DNA of 56,509 nt, taken from IMG/VR virus record IMGVR_UViG_3300046804_003014, positions 1-56,509 of that record; one strand, 5' to 3'. The translations under genes were made by a program, and so were the position numbers. Shown in pieces: positions 18,121 to 27,042 of the stretch. The stretch's first letter is position 1. Each line of letters begins with the position of its first letter. The notes beneath the pieces were generated by a model. That model saw only the letters and a program-made list of their open reading frames with translations, searched no databases and was not told the origin of the DNA. Origin of the DNA: a virus. Its lineage: Duplodnaviria > Caudoviricetes.

Positions 18121-18208
18121 GGCATTTATAAGCATTTAAGACACTTATAAGACCAGGCATTTATAAGCATTTAAGACACTTATAAGACCAGGCATTTATA
18201 AGCATTTA
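18121..18208. repeat. 35-bp tandem repeat, 2.5 copies
   Basis: GGCATTTATAAGCATTTAAGACACTTATAAGACCA at 18121 and 18156, with the first 18 nt again at 18191. Confidence 0.95.
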
Positions 18209-18352
18209 GAAGACTTATTCTCAACTATTATACTCAATTGATTCTCAATAAAATACAACTAATTGAGAATCAAATAAAATACTAATAAATGTTTTTTATT
18301 ATATTTTTTAATTAAATTTAACCTTATAATGTATCAAATTATACCAAATTAC

Positions 18353-18778
18353 TCATTCTGGTATAAAATCCCACATCTCTCCATTCCACTTCCATTTACG
18401 CTCTTTCCAACCATAAACCTGTCCTAATTCTGGTTGAGCAGGAAACCTAGGACCATCACTTTCAGTCTGTGGATTCTGTACCTTATCCACTACTTTATCA
18501 AACTCACCATTTAACCAATCAGCATCAGAAACCATCCACTTATCAATCGGACAAGAGTCTAATGCGAATGATGCCTTATGATCTAAGAAACAACCACAAT
18601 GCTTACACCTTACCTGTGTTGGATCATAATACTCACACTGTTTACAAATATCTAATCGTTGTTGTTTTACCTCTGGTGATACAAACAAAGCATTAGATGA
18701 GAATGCCTGTTTAACAACTTCAAATGTAAACTTAGCAAGGTTCTTTCCTTGCTCTGGTAATGATGGATATTCAGTCAT
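18353..18778 (-). CDS. Cys-rich putative metal-binding protein (DUF6171-like) with a C-terminal FP..P..GQ.Y....WKWNG..W module
   Basis: RLDICKQC...RCKHCGCF..K......CPIDKW. Confidence 0.7.
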   Translation of the reverse strand: MTEYPSLPEQGKNLAKFTFEVVKQAFSSNALFVSPEVKQQRLDICKQCEYYDPTQVRCKHCGCFLDHKASFALDSCPIDKWMVSDADWLNGEFDKVVDKVQNPQTESDGPRFPAQPELGQVYGWKERKWKWNGEMWDFIPE

Positions 18779-18781
18779 TTG

Positions 18782-19900
18782 TTATGGTTGATATGCTCCC
18801 TTAATTGTAGCAGAATTTATCGTTCCTGTCACGCTGTAATTACTACCTGTGATTGCTCTTCCTGCTGATCCTCCTGATCCTGTATTGTTTGTACTTCCAC
18901 CATCTGATCCCCAGTCTCCACCATTACCACCAGTCTCTCCAGTTTGACCATCTGCACCTAAACTTGGGCATCCACCAGTTTGTCCTACTGTTCCTGTTGA
19001 TCCATCAGTTCTGGACTGACCATAACCTCTACCTAATCCACCATCACCACCTTCTCCACCAGTAGCACCAGGGACACTATAGTAAATCGTTCTACGGCAG
19101 GTTGATCTCTTATTATTATCTCTACATCCACCCTTACCACAGTTACATCCTCCTTGGTCAAAACAGTTGATTCGTTCATCTCCACCACATCCAGGACATC
19201 CATTACAGTTGGTTCCCGTATCATAGGTTTCATAATAGAAACATGTGCCAGATGCTCCATTGTCACCTGTCCTTCCTTTTTCTCCTCCAGCACCTCCACC
19301 ATAAATGTTAGCGGTGCTATTGACGATCACAGTTACGGCAGATCCAGTGGATTGAACATACATCGCAGGGCCACCATTACCACCACTGATATTACCTGAC
19401 GTACCATTGGATCCGCCAGCACCATAGATTCCACCTGCTACATTGACCTCTAAGTTATAAGTCTCTGCCTGAAGATAAGTGGCATATTGTGAAACATTAG
19501 AAGAACCCATTGTACCGTTGAGATACATGTACTTCCGAACATTCTTATTGAGATTAGAGTTCCAGGACTGTGTACCGATATTGAATCCAGGTGATGATGG
19601 TGATGCTCCATTATCATCAGTTCCAGTCTGTGTGATGAAGTAATACTTAATCGAATTACGAAACTGTGATGCCTTCCAATTATTTGATGTGGTTACATTT
19701 GCATTCTCAGTCGCATCAGGTACGGTTGGATTTGTATCAGTCGTACTGGTGACTCTTCTTAACTGTGACGCTTTGATTGGCAGCGTATCTGAAGAGAAAC
19801 TACCATTGGGTTGTTGTGCCCGAAAGTTTGTTCTTAGGGATGAAAAGGAAATACTTCCAGAGGTGTAATATGGTCCTGCTTTGGTGACTGTCGCTGACAT
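18782..19900 (-). CDS. Glycine-rich adhesin / receptor-binding protein (gp38-like architecture) with a Cys-rich core
   Basis: SGSISFS N-terminal motif; IYGAGG, IYGGGAGG and GGDWG Gly motifs; C-terminal IKGA; upstream CTAAATA late promoter. Confidence 0.65.
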   Translation of the reverse strand: MSATVTKAGPYYTSGSISFSSLRTNFRAQQPNGSFSSDTLPIKASQLRRVTSTTDTNPTVPDATENANVTTSNNWKASQFRNSIKYYFITQTGTDDNGASPSSPGFNIGTQSWNSNLNKNVRKYMYLNGTMGSSNVSQYATYLQAETYNLEVNVAGGIYGAGGSNGTSGNISGGNGGPAMYVQSTGSAVTVIVNSTANIYGGGAGGEKGRTGDNGASGTCFYYETYDTGTNCNGCPGCGGDERINCFDQGGCNCGKGGCRDNNKRSTCRRTIYYSVPGATGGEGGDGGLGRGYGQSRTDGSTGTVGQTGGCPSLGADGQTGETGGNGGDWGSDGGSTNNTGSGGSAGRAITGSNYSVTGTINSATIKGAYQP

Positions 19901-20118
19901 TCGGTTGAACTATGAACCTGTGTGTCATTATTTAGATTCGGGACTTCATCATTCCAGTGTCTTATGACCCCCGCAACAATGAAAGCATTAGTAATGAGAT
20001 AAGTACAGAATATAACAGTCCGTATACCAGCAATGTGATCTGATTCTCTGTCATTTTTAGATGCCTTCTCTCCTAATGCCTTTGCCCACCATCGCCATAG
20101 ATTACGTTTACTTTTCAT
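19834..20118 (-). CDS. Hypothetical membrane-associated protein
   Basis: WRWWAKALGEK...NAFIVAGVIRHW. Confidence 0.65.
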   Translation of the reverse strand: MKSKRNLWRWWAKALGEKASKNDRESDHIAGIRTVIFCTYLITNAFIVAGVIRHWNDEVPNLNNDTQVHSSTECQRQSPKQDHITPLEVFPFHP

Positions 20119-20350
20119 CGTAGATATGATTACGGGTTTTCACATATTTAAGTTCTTTCCAGGACTCAGGATAACAAATCACCAGAGTTCGTTCATTACG
20201 ATGATGTGTACCTTTGTGTATATCATCTGGATGCTTTGGCCAGACTTGTGCTTCAATTGTAATGTATGAACTATCCTTGAAATAAACCCATCCTTCTACA
20301 CCCTTACCGTTTTCCCACTGAACATAATCATTAACTTTTGGTTCATACAT
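20108..20350 (-). CDS. Hypothetical protein
   Basis: MYEPKVNDYVQW..EGWVYFKD..YITIE. Confidence 0.7.
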   Translation of the reverse strand: MYEPKVNDYVQWENGKGVEGWVYFKDSSYITIEAQVWPKHPDDIHKGTHHRNERTLVICYPESWKELKYVKTRNHIYDEK

Positions 20351-20630
20351 AGGCTGCTTCAAGTGGAGTTTGTTTGATTGGCATCGCAGAATACGGTGTG
20401 GTACGCTCAATATCTACTTGCTTTCCAACTGTCTTTGAGTTGATTGGAGCATAGTATTTTCGATTCTTTGTATTGTAAAATCCCCATATACAAGAGACTC
20501 GATCACCAAGGTTATAGTCAAAATGGCGATTAAAATGAATCCAGATTCCAATAATATTGCTTTTGAATTGTCGTTGCTCATAATAGTAACCTTCGGGAGG
20601 TTGATGAGGAAACTCAATCATTGTCGGCAA
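20343..20630 (-). CDS. Hypothetical protein
   Basis: FPHQPPEGYYY..IWGFYNTK..APIN..TTPYSAM. Confidence 0.7.
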   Translation of the reverse strand: MPTMIEFPHQPPEGYYYEQRQFKSNIIGIWIHFNRHFDYNLGDRVSCIWGFYNTKNRKYYAPINSKTVGKQVDIERTTPYSAMPIKQTPLEAAYV

Positions 20631-20780
20631 CTGCTCGCAGATGATTTGGGTTCACACCTTCGGAAACATAATAATTCAGTAGAGTATCACATTGTTCTTT
20701 GGTCAGTTTGGTTGCCTTTGAATCAATGAGTTCCCATTCATTGGTGAACAGTTGAAGAATCTTATAAAGTTGTTCCATAA

Positions 20781-21011
20781 TCAGGTCGTAAAAGCATCAA
20801 TAATACCAGATTCGTAATCATCCACCAGTTTGAATTTCTGTGCCTTGACAACATTGGGCATGATCAGATTCTGATAGTTTTCATCAAAACCTTCTTCATT
20901 GGCAAGTAATTCAAATGCCTCAGTGTCATCTTCTGCGATCAGATTGACGACTCCACCATATTCACTGGAAGGAAACGGCACCCAGTAATCAACAATGTAC
21001 AGACTTTTCAT
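20781..21011 (-). CDS. Hypothetical protein
   Basis: YIVDYWVPFPSSEYGG; AGGAG RBS. Confidence 0.7.
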   Translation of the reverse strand: MKSLYIVDYWVPFPSSEYGGVVNLIAEDDTEAFELLANEEGFDENYQNLIMPNVVKAQKFKLVDDYESGIIDAFTT

Positions 21012-21191
21012 TTTCTTTGGTAAATTACTCCTTTATTTTAGATGAATGGGTTAAATTTGTCAACTGACGCTGAAGTTCATACTTAATAGGCAAAAGATGT
21101 GAATACAAATACTGTTGATACTCATTACCCTCCAGCAGTGATGTTAAATTATCAATCTGATGAATACCCAGCACCATCTTCATTTCTTCGG

Positions 21192-21374
21192 TCATACAAA
21201 CTCCGAAATGTAGTAATCAACAGGAACATTGAGTTCTGCCGCTTTGGTCTCAAAATAACTCTTTGTGTATTGTCGTGATGCTTCACGCCGCACATAATTC
21301 TGGACTTCAACATCGGCATGTTTCATGAAGTCCTCAAAGGCAGTCATAAACTGCTTAATGTCTTCATCGTTCAT
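21192..21374 (-). CDS. Hypothetical protein sharing its C-terminal motif with 17123..17257
   Basis: Ends KAAELNVPVDYYISEFV. Confidence 0.65.
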   Translation of the reverse strand: MNDEDIKQFMTAFEDFMKHADVEVQNYVRREASRQYTKSYFETKAAELNVPVDYYISEFV

Positions 21375-21500
21375 TGGCACATCCAACAGTTTGACAGTAA
21401 TAGGCATCATACATTTTCTGATCCCGTTGTACCAGAAAGGCATTGTATCCGATGATTGCCACCAGTGCTACAATGCCATAGGCAATATATTTTCCTTTCA

Positions 21501-21764
21501 TCAGCAGGCACCATAGAAAGGGTTACCAGTTTGAGGAGAATCTTGGTTGTCACCCGTCACCACATAATCATATGCCAGACGCTCACGAATCGCCAGTGCT
21601 TTCTCCACACGGTTCAGATACTTCTTGGAGATTTGGTCAATACCTTTCCAGGACAGAATCTGCATACACCATTCGGCGCTGATGTCACCATAAGGGGTCT
21701 GAACAGGATAGAAACCGACCAGCATCGTGCCGTCTTTAGATTGGAGGGTGGGGAAGTCAGGCAT
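21501..21764 (-). CDS. Hypothetical early protein
   Basis: Preceded by TATAAT (21790-21795) and a degenerate dyad (21826-21847). Confidence 0.7.
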   Translation of the reverse strand: MPDFPTLQSKDGTMLVGFYPVQTPYGDISAEWCMQILSWKGIDQISKKYLNRVEKALAIRERLAYDYVVTGDNQDSPQTGNPFYGAC

Positions 21765-21797
21765 TGGGGTGTCTCCCGATTACCTCTGTATTATAGG

Positions 21798-22001
21798 TCA
21801 GAAGGACGGCACCACATCGTTGCGTAGACCAGTTTGAGAACTGTCCATCTGATCATAGAGCGAGTAGAGTTTGTTATACAGTGCTGGCACACTTCCATAT
21901 TCCCGAGCAATCAATCGTTCATCACTGATATTCAGTAACTGAAGTGCTGATAGAATCACACCAATTTCATGAACATTCAGATTTACATTTGTTTCGGTCA
22001 T
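21798..22001 (-). CDS. Hypothetical protein
   Basis: 67 aa, coupled ORF. Confidence 0.65.
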   Translation of the reverse strand: MTETNVNLNVHEIGVILSALQLLNISDERLIAREYGSVPALYNKLYSLYDQMDSSQTGLRNDVVPSF

Positions 22002-22219
22002 TTCTTTTCAGTCTCCTTTACGGGTTTAGGCGCAGTGTAAGGAACTCTGCCAGTCTCATTATACATCAGAATGTCGTATTTGAACTTACACTCCAATGGT
22101 TTTTGATTACACAGTTTCAGTACATCGTTATAGGATGACTGACTGTAAAAAGCACCACCAGTAATGAATCCAAGCACAGCGGTTAGAATAAAACTTGGAT
22201 AAACAACAACTTCTTTCAT
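21998..22219 (-). CDS. Hypothetical membrane-anchored protein
   Basis: N-terminal hydrophobic helix. Confidence 0.6.
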   Translation of the reverse strand: MKEVVVYPSFILTAVLGFITGGAFYSQSSYNDVLKLCNQKPLECKFKYDILMYNETGRVPYTAPKPVKETEKK

Positions 22220-22222
22220 GAT

Positions 22223-22603
22223 TTAATCCCAAGAAACATTTTGAACTAAGAAACCAGGCATTACATAGGTCCATGCTCCCAGTTCATTATTACCACCAAC
22301 TTTATACTCCCACTTATACTCAAATTTGTTATGACTATCCCAGGTCATGTATCCTTTCTCTTTATCAAATCGCCCCTTAATCGTCAGAGCATGTTTATTG
22401 GAAAAGATATTACGAGTGCGAAGCGCACCACCAGTCTCACGGGTTTCTACAACTTTACAGACATCAGGATAAGTTTGAAGTCCTGCCTCTAATAGGCAAG
22501 GAGTTTCATATGTAAATGGGCGATACACCTTGGGTTTAGGTGGAGCAGTCTGTGCGAATACAGGAGCAGTCAACAATGCAGCAGCAAGAAGTAAAGATTT
22601 CAT
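22223..22603 (-). CDS. Hypothetical secreted/periplasmic protein
   Basis: Signal peptide MKSLLLAAALLTAPVFA|Q; AGGAGG RBS. Confidence 0.7.
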   Translation of the reverse strand: MKSLLLAAALLTAPVFAQTAPPKPKVYRPFTYETPCLLEAGLQTYPDVCKVVETRETGGALRTRNIFSNKHALTIKGRFDKEKGYMTWDSHNKFEYKWEYKVGGNNELGAWTYVMPGFLVQNVSWD

Positions 22604-22754
22604 AGGTGTCCTCCTTTCTTATTATATTCTATCATAGCACGGCGGGCACTGTATGCTTCAAACTCAGATGGAAATGATGCGATAGTACGACCATTATCTG
22701 CCCAGTACAAATACCAACGGTTGGCAAACTGTTTAATGAGAATTGGTTTGTTCA

Positions 22755-22913
22755 TCAGTCCTCAGGATAAAGTTTCCAACCATCAGGGTAAAGACCCATC
22801 TCTTCACAGCGTACCTCATAGGCAATACGTTGTAAACACAGCAGATCCATCGATTCAACTGCTTTCATAATAGAGCGGCGAATCTGGGCGTCTTGAGCGT
22901 CGTCAGCAATCAT
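22755..22913 (-). CDS. Hypothetical early protein
   Basis: After TATAAT (22938-22943) and a dyad (22974-22995). Confidence 0.6.
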   Translation of the reverse strand: MIADDAQDAQIRRSIMKAVESMDLLCLQRIAYEVRCEEMGLYPDGWKLYPED

Positions 22914-22938
22914 TGTGGTTCCCTTGATTACCTCTGTA

Positions 22939-23415
22939 TTATACTGCCAAGCACAGGCGGTTGCCAAAGAACTGTGCCACCTGTGGGACCGTCCACCCAT
23001 TTTTATCAAATAGGTATTCCAGATATAGGGTTTCTTCTTGCTCCCGTGCCTCTATTTCGTGTGCCTGATGCCAATAGTCCACATTTTCCATACATTCTTT
23101 ACCATAATACATTTTTCCGCTTCGCAACCGCAGTGAACCGACTACCCACTGCCGCAGGTGCGTCAGCTCATGTAAAAGAGTTTTTATATACAACTCCTCA
23201 TCCATATGGGTGTTCAGTTCAATCAGAAAGTGACGAGGGCGATAGGTTTCACCCACAACATCACAATACCCATAAACCTGCTCACGATTTAGACCACGAT
23301 GAACAATATCCACTGTGATCTTGTGGCGTGGGAAGAATCGATTCAGAAACCAAGAGGTAACATCCTCACAGACCCGTTTGCGATAACCATATCCAGAATG
23401 CGTGATGTAAGACAT
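22939..23415 (-). CDS. Zincin-type (HExxH) metallopeptidase-like protein
   Basis: YGYC..F.IE...TLLHELTHLRQW...HEIEA. Confidence 0.75.
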   Translation of the reverse strand: MSYITHSGYGYRKRVCEDVTSWFLNRFFPRHKITVDIVHRGLNREQVYGYCDVVGETYRPRHFLIELNTHMDEELYIKTLLHELTHLRQWVVGSLRLRSGKMYYGKECMENVDYWHQAHEIEAREQEETLYLEYLFDKNGWTVPQVAQFFGNRLCLAV

Positions 23416-23479
23416 TGACCCCAATGTAGAAACCAAATGAACGAAGAAACAAACAGGAGTTTTTCTTTAGCAGTCATAA

Positions 23480-23920
23480 TCAACGAGCGTAAAGATAACC
23501 ACCTGCCCAGTCAGCATTCTCAAGCAACCATTCACGCTGCTCAATGATACGCAGGTCGTAGCGAACACCTTTGGCGGGTGCTTTCCAAGATGCAGACTTA
23601 TACACTTGACCAGTCTTTTTATCTACAAAAGCATGGACAGAGCGGGAACCATTAGCACTCATAATGATTTTGTGATACTTACGACCCGTCTCAGGGTAGA
23701 AGTCATAATCACAAGTGCCTTGCTTGAGTTTATCAATCTGCTTTTGATGATACTCATGAGTATCAGCATCATCAACAAACTTCTGGTGAGACTTGATGCT
23801 GTAATCGATGTAGTTCTGGCGCAGTGCCTCGCAGAGGGCATAGGTGTGCCCCAGAACTGCCTCTGCGATGTTCTTCCGTGCCTCTGCTTGGGCAGAATAC
23901 TCAGCGAAGGTGGTGGTCAT
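23480..23920 (-). CDS. Conserved-type phage early protein
   Basis: GRKYHKI..SVHAFVDKKTG.VYKSASWKAPAKGVRY; dyad promoter at 23942-24000 (31-nt spacing). Confidence 0.75.
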   Translation of the reverse strand: MTTTFAEYSAQAEARKNIAEAVLGHTYALCEALRQNYIDYSIKSHQKFVDDADTHEYHQKQIDKLKQGTCDYDFYPETGRKYHKIIMSANGSRSVHAFVDKKTGQVYKSASWKAPAKGVRYDLRIIEQREWLLENADWAGGYLYAR

Positions 23921-24133
23921 TGCTTGGTTGCGTATGAACGTATTATAGCGGCACCTAGGCACCGCTGAGAGGGTCAGTATGCCAGTTCAGGATCTGGCAC
24001 CCAATAGTCGTCGTTCTCCAAATATCCCATCCAGTCTGATGGTTCAGACCCGTAGATCTCAATCTCACGCAGTTCTTCAATCAGTTCAGACAGATCCATG
24101 AGAGTTCCTCAACTACTTCAGTATTATAGCAGA

Positions 24134-24544
24134 TCAGACTGCCAATGCGCCAGTGGGAATTTCAACACCTTCCAAATAGGAATCGTGCCAGTCACAAGTA
24201 TCGTAGCACAACCAACCTTCGGACTGAGTATAAACATAAGCAAACTCTTCACCATTTTGAAGAAATTCCATCAGATCTTTATCATGGCGAGGAGGAGTAT
24301 CTTCACCACGCTGAGAGTAATACTGAGGACCATAAACACCCTTCACACCAGTATCATCCCAACGCTCATCAGTCCAGCAGGATGACATGTCGCCACCATC
24401 AATCAGTTCTGCAGCAAGAGAACGAGCATTGTAGTGAGTCTTCAGCATACGACCCAACCACTCAGGATAACCATCCCAATGGTGGTACACAGAGAGCACA
24501 GAACCGTTCTTGAGTTCAATACCAATGCGAGCACGAGTTGCCAT
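24134..24544 (-). CDS. Conserved-type phage early protein
   Basis: MATRARIG..SVYHHWDGYPEWLG; dyad promoter at 24571-24628. Confidence 0.75.
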   Translation of the reverse strand: MATRARIGIELKNGSVLSVYHHWDGYPEWLGRMLKTHYNARSLAAELIDGGDMSSCWTDERWDDTGVKGVYGPQYYSQRGEDTPPRHDKDLMEFLQNGEEFAYVYTQSEGWLCYDTCDWHDSYLEGVEIPTGALAV

Positions 24545-24568
24545 TGGGGGCGTTTGTTGATTACCTTG

Positions 24569-25453
24569 TTAGTATAGGGCATCCACCAGCGGATTCTGTG
24601 CCTGTTGTGCCAGTTCTTGATCTGCACACCGCCTGGTTGCGATTTCTGTATAGTGAGCACTAAGATCCATACCCACAAAGTTTCTATTTTCCCGAATGGC
24701 GGCGACTCCAGTGCTTCCACTACCACAGAACGGGTCCAGCACCGTAGAATTGGCAGGAGAATAGATCTTGATAAGATATGCCATCAAATCCACTGGTTTG
24801 ACTGTAGGATGGTCGTTATCAATTCCTTTCTCCTTACGTGTGGCACGTGGAGCATAAAAATACTTTTGATGCTCCGATTGAACCTCACCGATGATGTTGG
24901 AAGGATACCTACCAGCAGGGTTTGCGTCTACAGTTCCATACTCAGCACCACTACCTGTAGTGTTACCATCACGCCCAAATGTGCGACGTTTAGCACCCTG
25001 AGCAACCCAACCTTTGGGTGGTTCTTTCTCCCAGGGCACACGGGTATGCTCTGTATCAATCAGACCACATCCCCATTCTTCAAAATTACTTTGGAGTGAA
25101 CCTTTGTATGGTTTTTGTGCCACCACAATTGGTTCGTGTGCTGGTTTTAGACGGTTAAACTTTGGCATCTTGGTGGTTGTCATCCACATAATCTGATCCT
25201 TAATTGTAAATCCAGCATCCTCTACATTACATGCCAGACGATGATACAATTCAGGTGAACAGAAAGCTAGACAAAACGCACCAGGACGAAGTGTACGGTA
25301 CACTTCACGCCAAATATCTACACTCGGAACAGAGTGATCCCAGTGATCCATACCCATACCGTAAGGGGGATCAGTTATACAAGAATGGAATGTATTTTCT
25401 TCGTAACCAGCAAGAACTTCCTTACAATCTCCAGTCAGAATTGAAAAGGTCAC
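24569..25453 (-). CDS. DNA N6-adenine/N4-cytosine methyltransferase, beta class (probable GTG start)
   Basis: GDC, TDPPY (motif IV), HPTVKP and VLDPFCGSGST (motif I), with IV before I. Confidence 0.9.
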   Translation of the reverse strand: MTFSILTGDCKEVLAGYEENTFHSCITDPPYGMGMDHWDHSVPSVDIWREVYRTLRPGAFCLAFCSPELYHRLACNVEDAGFTIKDQIMWMTTTKMPKFNRLKPAHEPIVVAQKPYKGSLQSNFEEWGCGLIDTEHTRVPWEKEPPKGWVAQGAKRRTFGRDGNTTGSGAEYGTVDANPAGRYPSNIIGEVQSEHQKYFYAPRATRKEKGIDNDHPTVKPVDLMAYLIKIYSPANSTVLDPFCGSGSTGVAAIRENRNFVGMDLSAHYTEIATRRCADQELAQQAQNPLVDALY

Positions 25454-25475
25454 GAGATCCAAGTTAACAATTCTA

Positions 25476-25511
25476 AATTTACCATAAAAAAAGAGGGTTG
25501 TCAACCCTCTT
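25476..25511 (-). terminator. Intrinsic terminator after cp12 overlapping a sigma70 promoter for the methyltransferase
   Basis: GAGGGTT-GAC-AACCCTC followed by T7; TTGACA spans the loop, then N17 and TAAATT. Confidence 0.7.
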
Positions 25512-25515
25512 ACAA

Positions 25516-25728
25516 TCAATCGTCGTAAACTCTACATTCCAATGCCTCAGGATGAGCATCACAATAAAGTTCTAATGGTGTAGGATCATGTAAGTCTTCA
25601 GGATGATGTTCTTTATATGCTTTGAGTGCTTCTAATTCCTCTTCAGTGTGTCTTCTTGACTGTGGAGAAATCATGGGATCATTCAGAAGATCCTCATCCT
25701 TCTGAATGTGTTGGTCTATGTTTTCCAT
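25516..25728 (-). CDS. cp12: CP12 Calvin-cycle inhibitor (auxiliary metabolic gene)
   Basis: C-terminal PTPLELYCDAHPEALECRVYDD; cyanophage-type N-terminus lacking the N-terminal Cys pair. Confidence 0.92.
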   Translation of the reverse strand: MENIDQHIQKDEDLLNDPMISPQSRRHTEEELEALKAYKEHHPEDLHDPTPLELYCDAHPEALECRVYDD

Positions 25729-25757
25729 GGTTTTGTATCGTGTTGACAATATTTATT

Positions 25758-25934
25758 TTATTTTGGTGAGTTATCCTCTTTACCTTCAAGAGAACGAACC
25801 ATCAATTCGGTGAATTTTTCCATTTTTTCAGCAGAAACTGTCTGTGGAGCATATGTGATGGCATCTTTAAGTGCCATAAGTTCGCTCCATTCTTCTTTAT
25901 TCAGAACTTCTGTGCCAGTTTTTGCAAGAGTCAT
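25758..25934 (-). CDS. Small hypothetical protein (58 aa, not in track)
   Basis: MTLAKTGTEVLNKEEWSELMALKDAITYAPQTVSAEKMEKFTELMVRSLEGKEDNSPK*. Confidence 0.65.
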   Translation of the reverse strand: MTLAKTGTEVLNKEEWSELMALKDAITYAPQTVSAEKMEKFTELMVRSLEGKEDNSPK

Positions 25935-26200
25935 GAGTTTTTTGCGATGTGCCCCAATGTTAGCATTTCAATATACTATTATCTAGTAACTTAATGTTTT
26001 CTTTGGGATCAAGTTACAAATCTTTATGTTTATTGTATGATCTCCAATCATGTTCATCAAATTCACTTAGGTGTCTCTGCATGATTATCATTCCATCTAC
26101 ATTACAAGCATATAATGTAGAGTTGTAATGGCAAGAAGTCCAGGTGAGCATCAAATAATCATAAAGATCAGAATGTTCTTCTTTATGTGGTTCTACAAGA

Positions 26201-26614
26201 TTAATCAGTTCTTGTAGCATCTCCCGACTCATTAGTCGTTTCATTATCTTTCTCCAAGAAAGAGTCAAGTGTATCTAGATCACTTAAAAGTTCTCTGTCA
26301 CGTTTCTTATCGTGATAATAAGTCCAGAGAGCATTATGAACATCCATTAAATGATTTACCCAGAAACCAACGGGATAGATTCCAAGTTTATCCATCAGTC
26401 CACGATGAGAGGTTCCTTCGCTTTCTGCTTTACACATAATGTAAGTGACTGCTTCTACCATATCAAGTTTGTCTTCTTCAGACAGCATATGATATTTGCC
26501 AATGGCACGTTGCTGTGCCTCTTCATTTGCTTTTTGAAGTTCTTTACAAGCATCAGAATCCCACCATTTCTGAAGAGACTTTTTCAGTTGTTGATTTTCT
26601 TCTTTTTCAGTCAT
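26201..26614 (-). CDS. Hypothetical protein
   Basis: MTEKEENQQLKKSLQKWW... Confidence 0.6.
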   Translation of the reverse strand: MTEKEENQQLKKSLQKWWDSDACKELQKANEEAQQRAIGKYHMLSEEDKLDMVEAVTYIMCKAESEGTSHRGLMDKLGIYPVGFWVNHLMDVHNALWTYYHDKKRDRELLSDLDTLDSFLEKDNETTNESGDATRTD

Positions 26615-26837
26615 CTTTTCCAAAGATAGTTCCAAAGAAACCAGAGTCGCCTGGTTTACGGTTTTCAAGTTTATCCAACAGAGAATCAGTTGTTTGTAAT
26701 GATTCAATGCGACTAATAAGATCAGCAATCACAGAACATACCATAGGTCGTTCTTGACGGGCAGCATATGCCAGAGCATTTCGCAGAGATTGTTCTGCTT
26801 CTTTCAGCGATTCTTCAACAGATTGTGATAGTGCCAT
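26607..26837 (-). CDS. Hypothetical protein
   Basis: MALSQSVEESLKEAEQSLRNALAYAARQERP. Confidence 0.7.
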   Translation of the reverse strand: MALSQSVEESLKEAEQSLRNALAYAARQERPMVCSVIADLISRIESLQTTDSLLDKLENRKPGDSGFFGTIFGKDD

Positions 26838-27042
26838 ACTTCAGGATTCTCCAAGTCTTTACAACGGGGGTAGAAAATGCCATCACGGTAGCAAGCATCT
26901 TCTGGGTTTTGTCTATCATATTTTACCACATTTGCTGGATAATCTCTAATGTTACAGAGTTCTCCTTGTCTGCGGAGGTAGTTATCTAGGCACATACCAC
27001 CAACAAATGGGGCAAGACCTTGTAGCATATAGAGTGTATACA

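Noticed and set aside
18121-18208. 35-bp repeat as a CRISPR array
   Set aside because: Copies are directly adjacent with no spacers, and there are no cas genes in the window
18782-19900. Diversity-generating retroelement target
   Set aside because: No reverse transcriptase and no template/variable repeat pair seen in the window
14034-25453. Nuclease plus methyltransferase as a type II R-M pair
   Set aside because: They are 10 kb apart under separate promoters, with nothing in the sequence linking their specificities
25986-26017. GTAACTT-N18-AAGTTAC inverted repeat as an NtcA or RpaB site
   Set aside because: Does not fit GTA-N8-TAC or the HLR1 direct-repeat spacing; single occurrence
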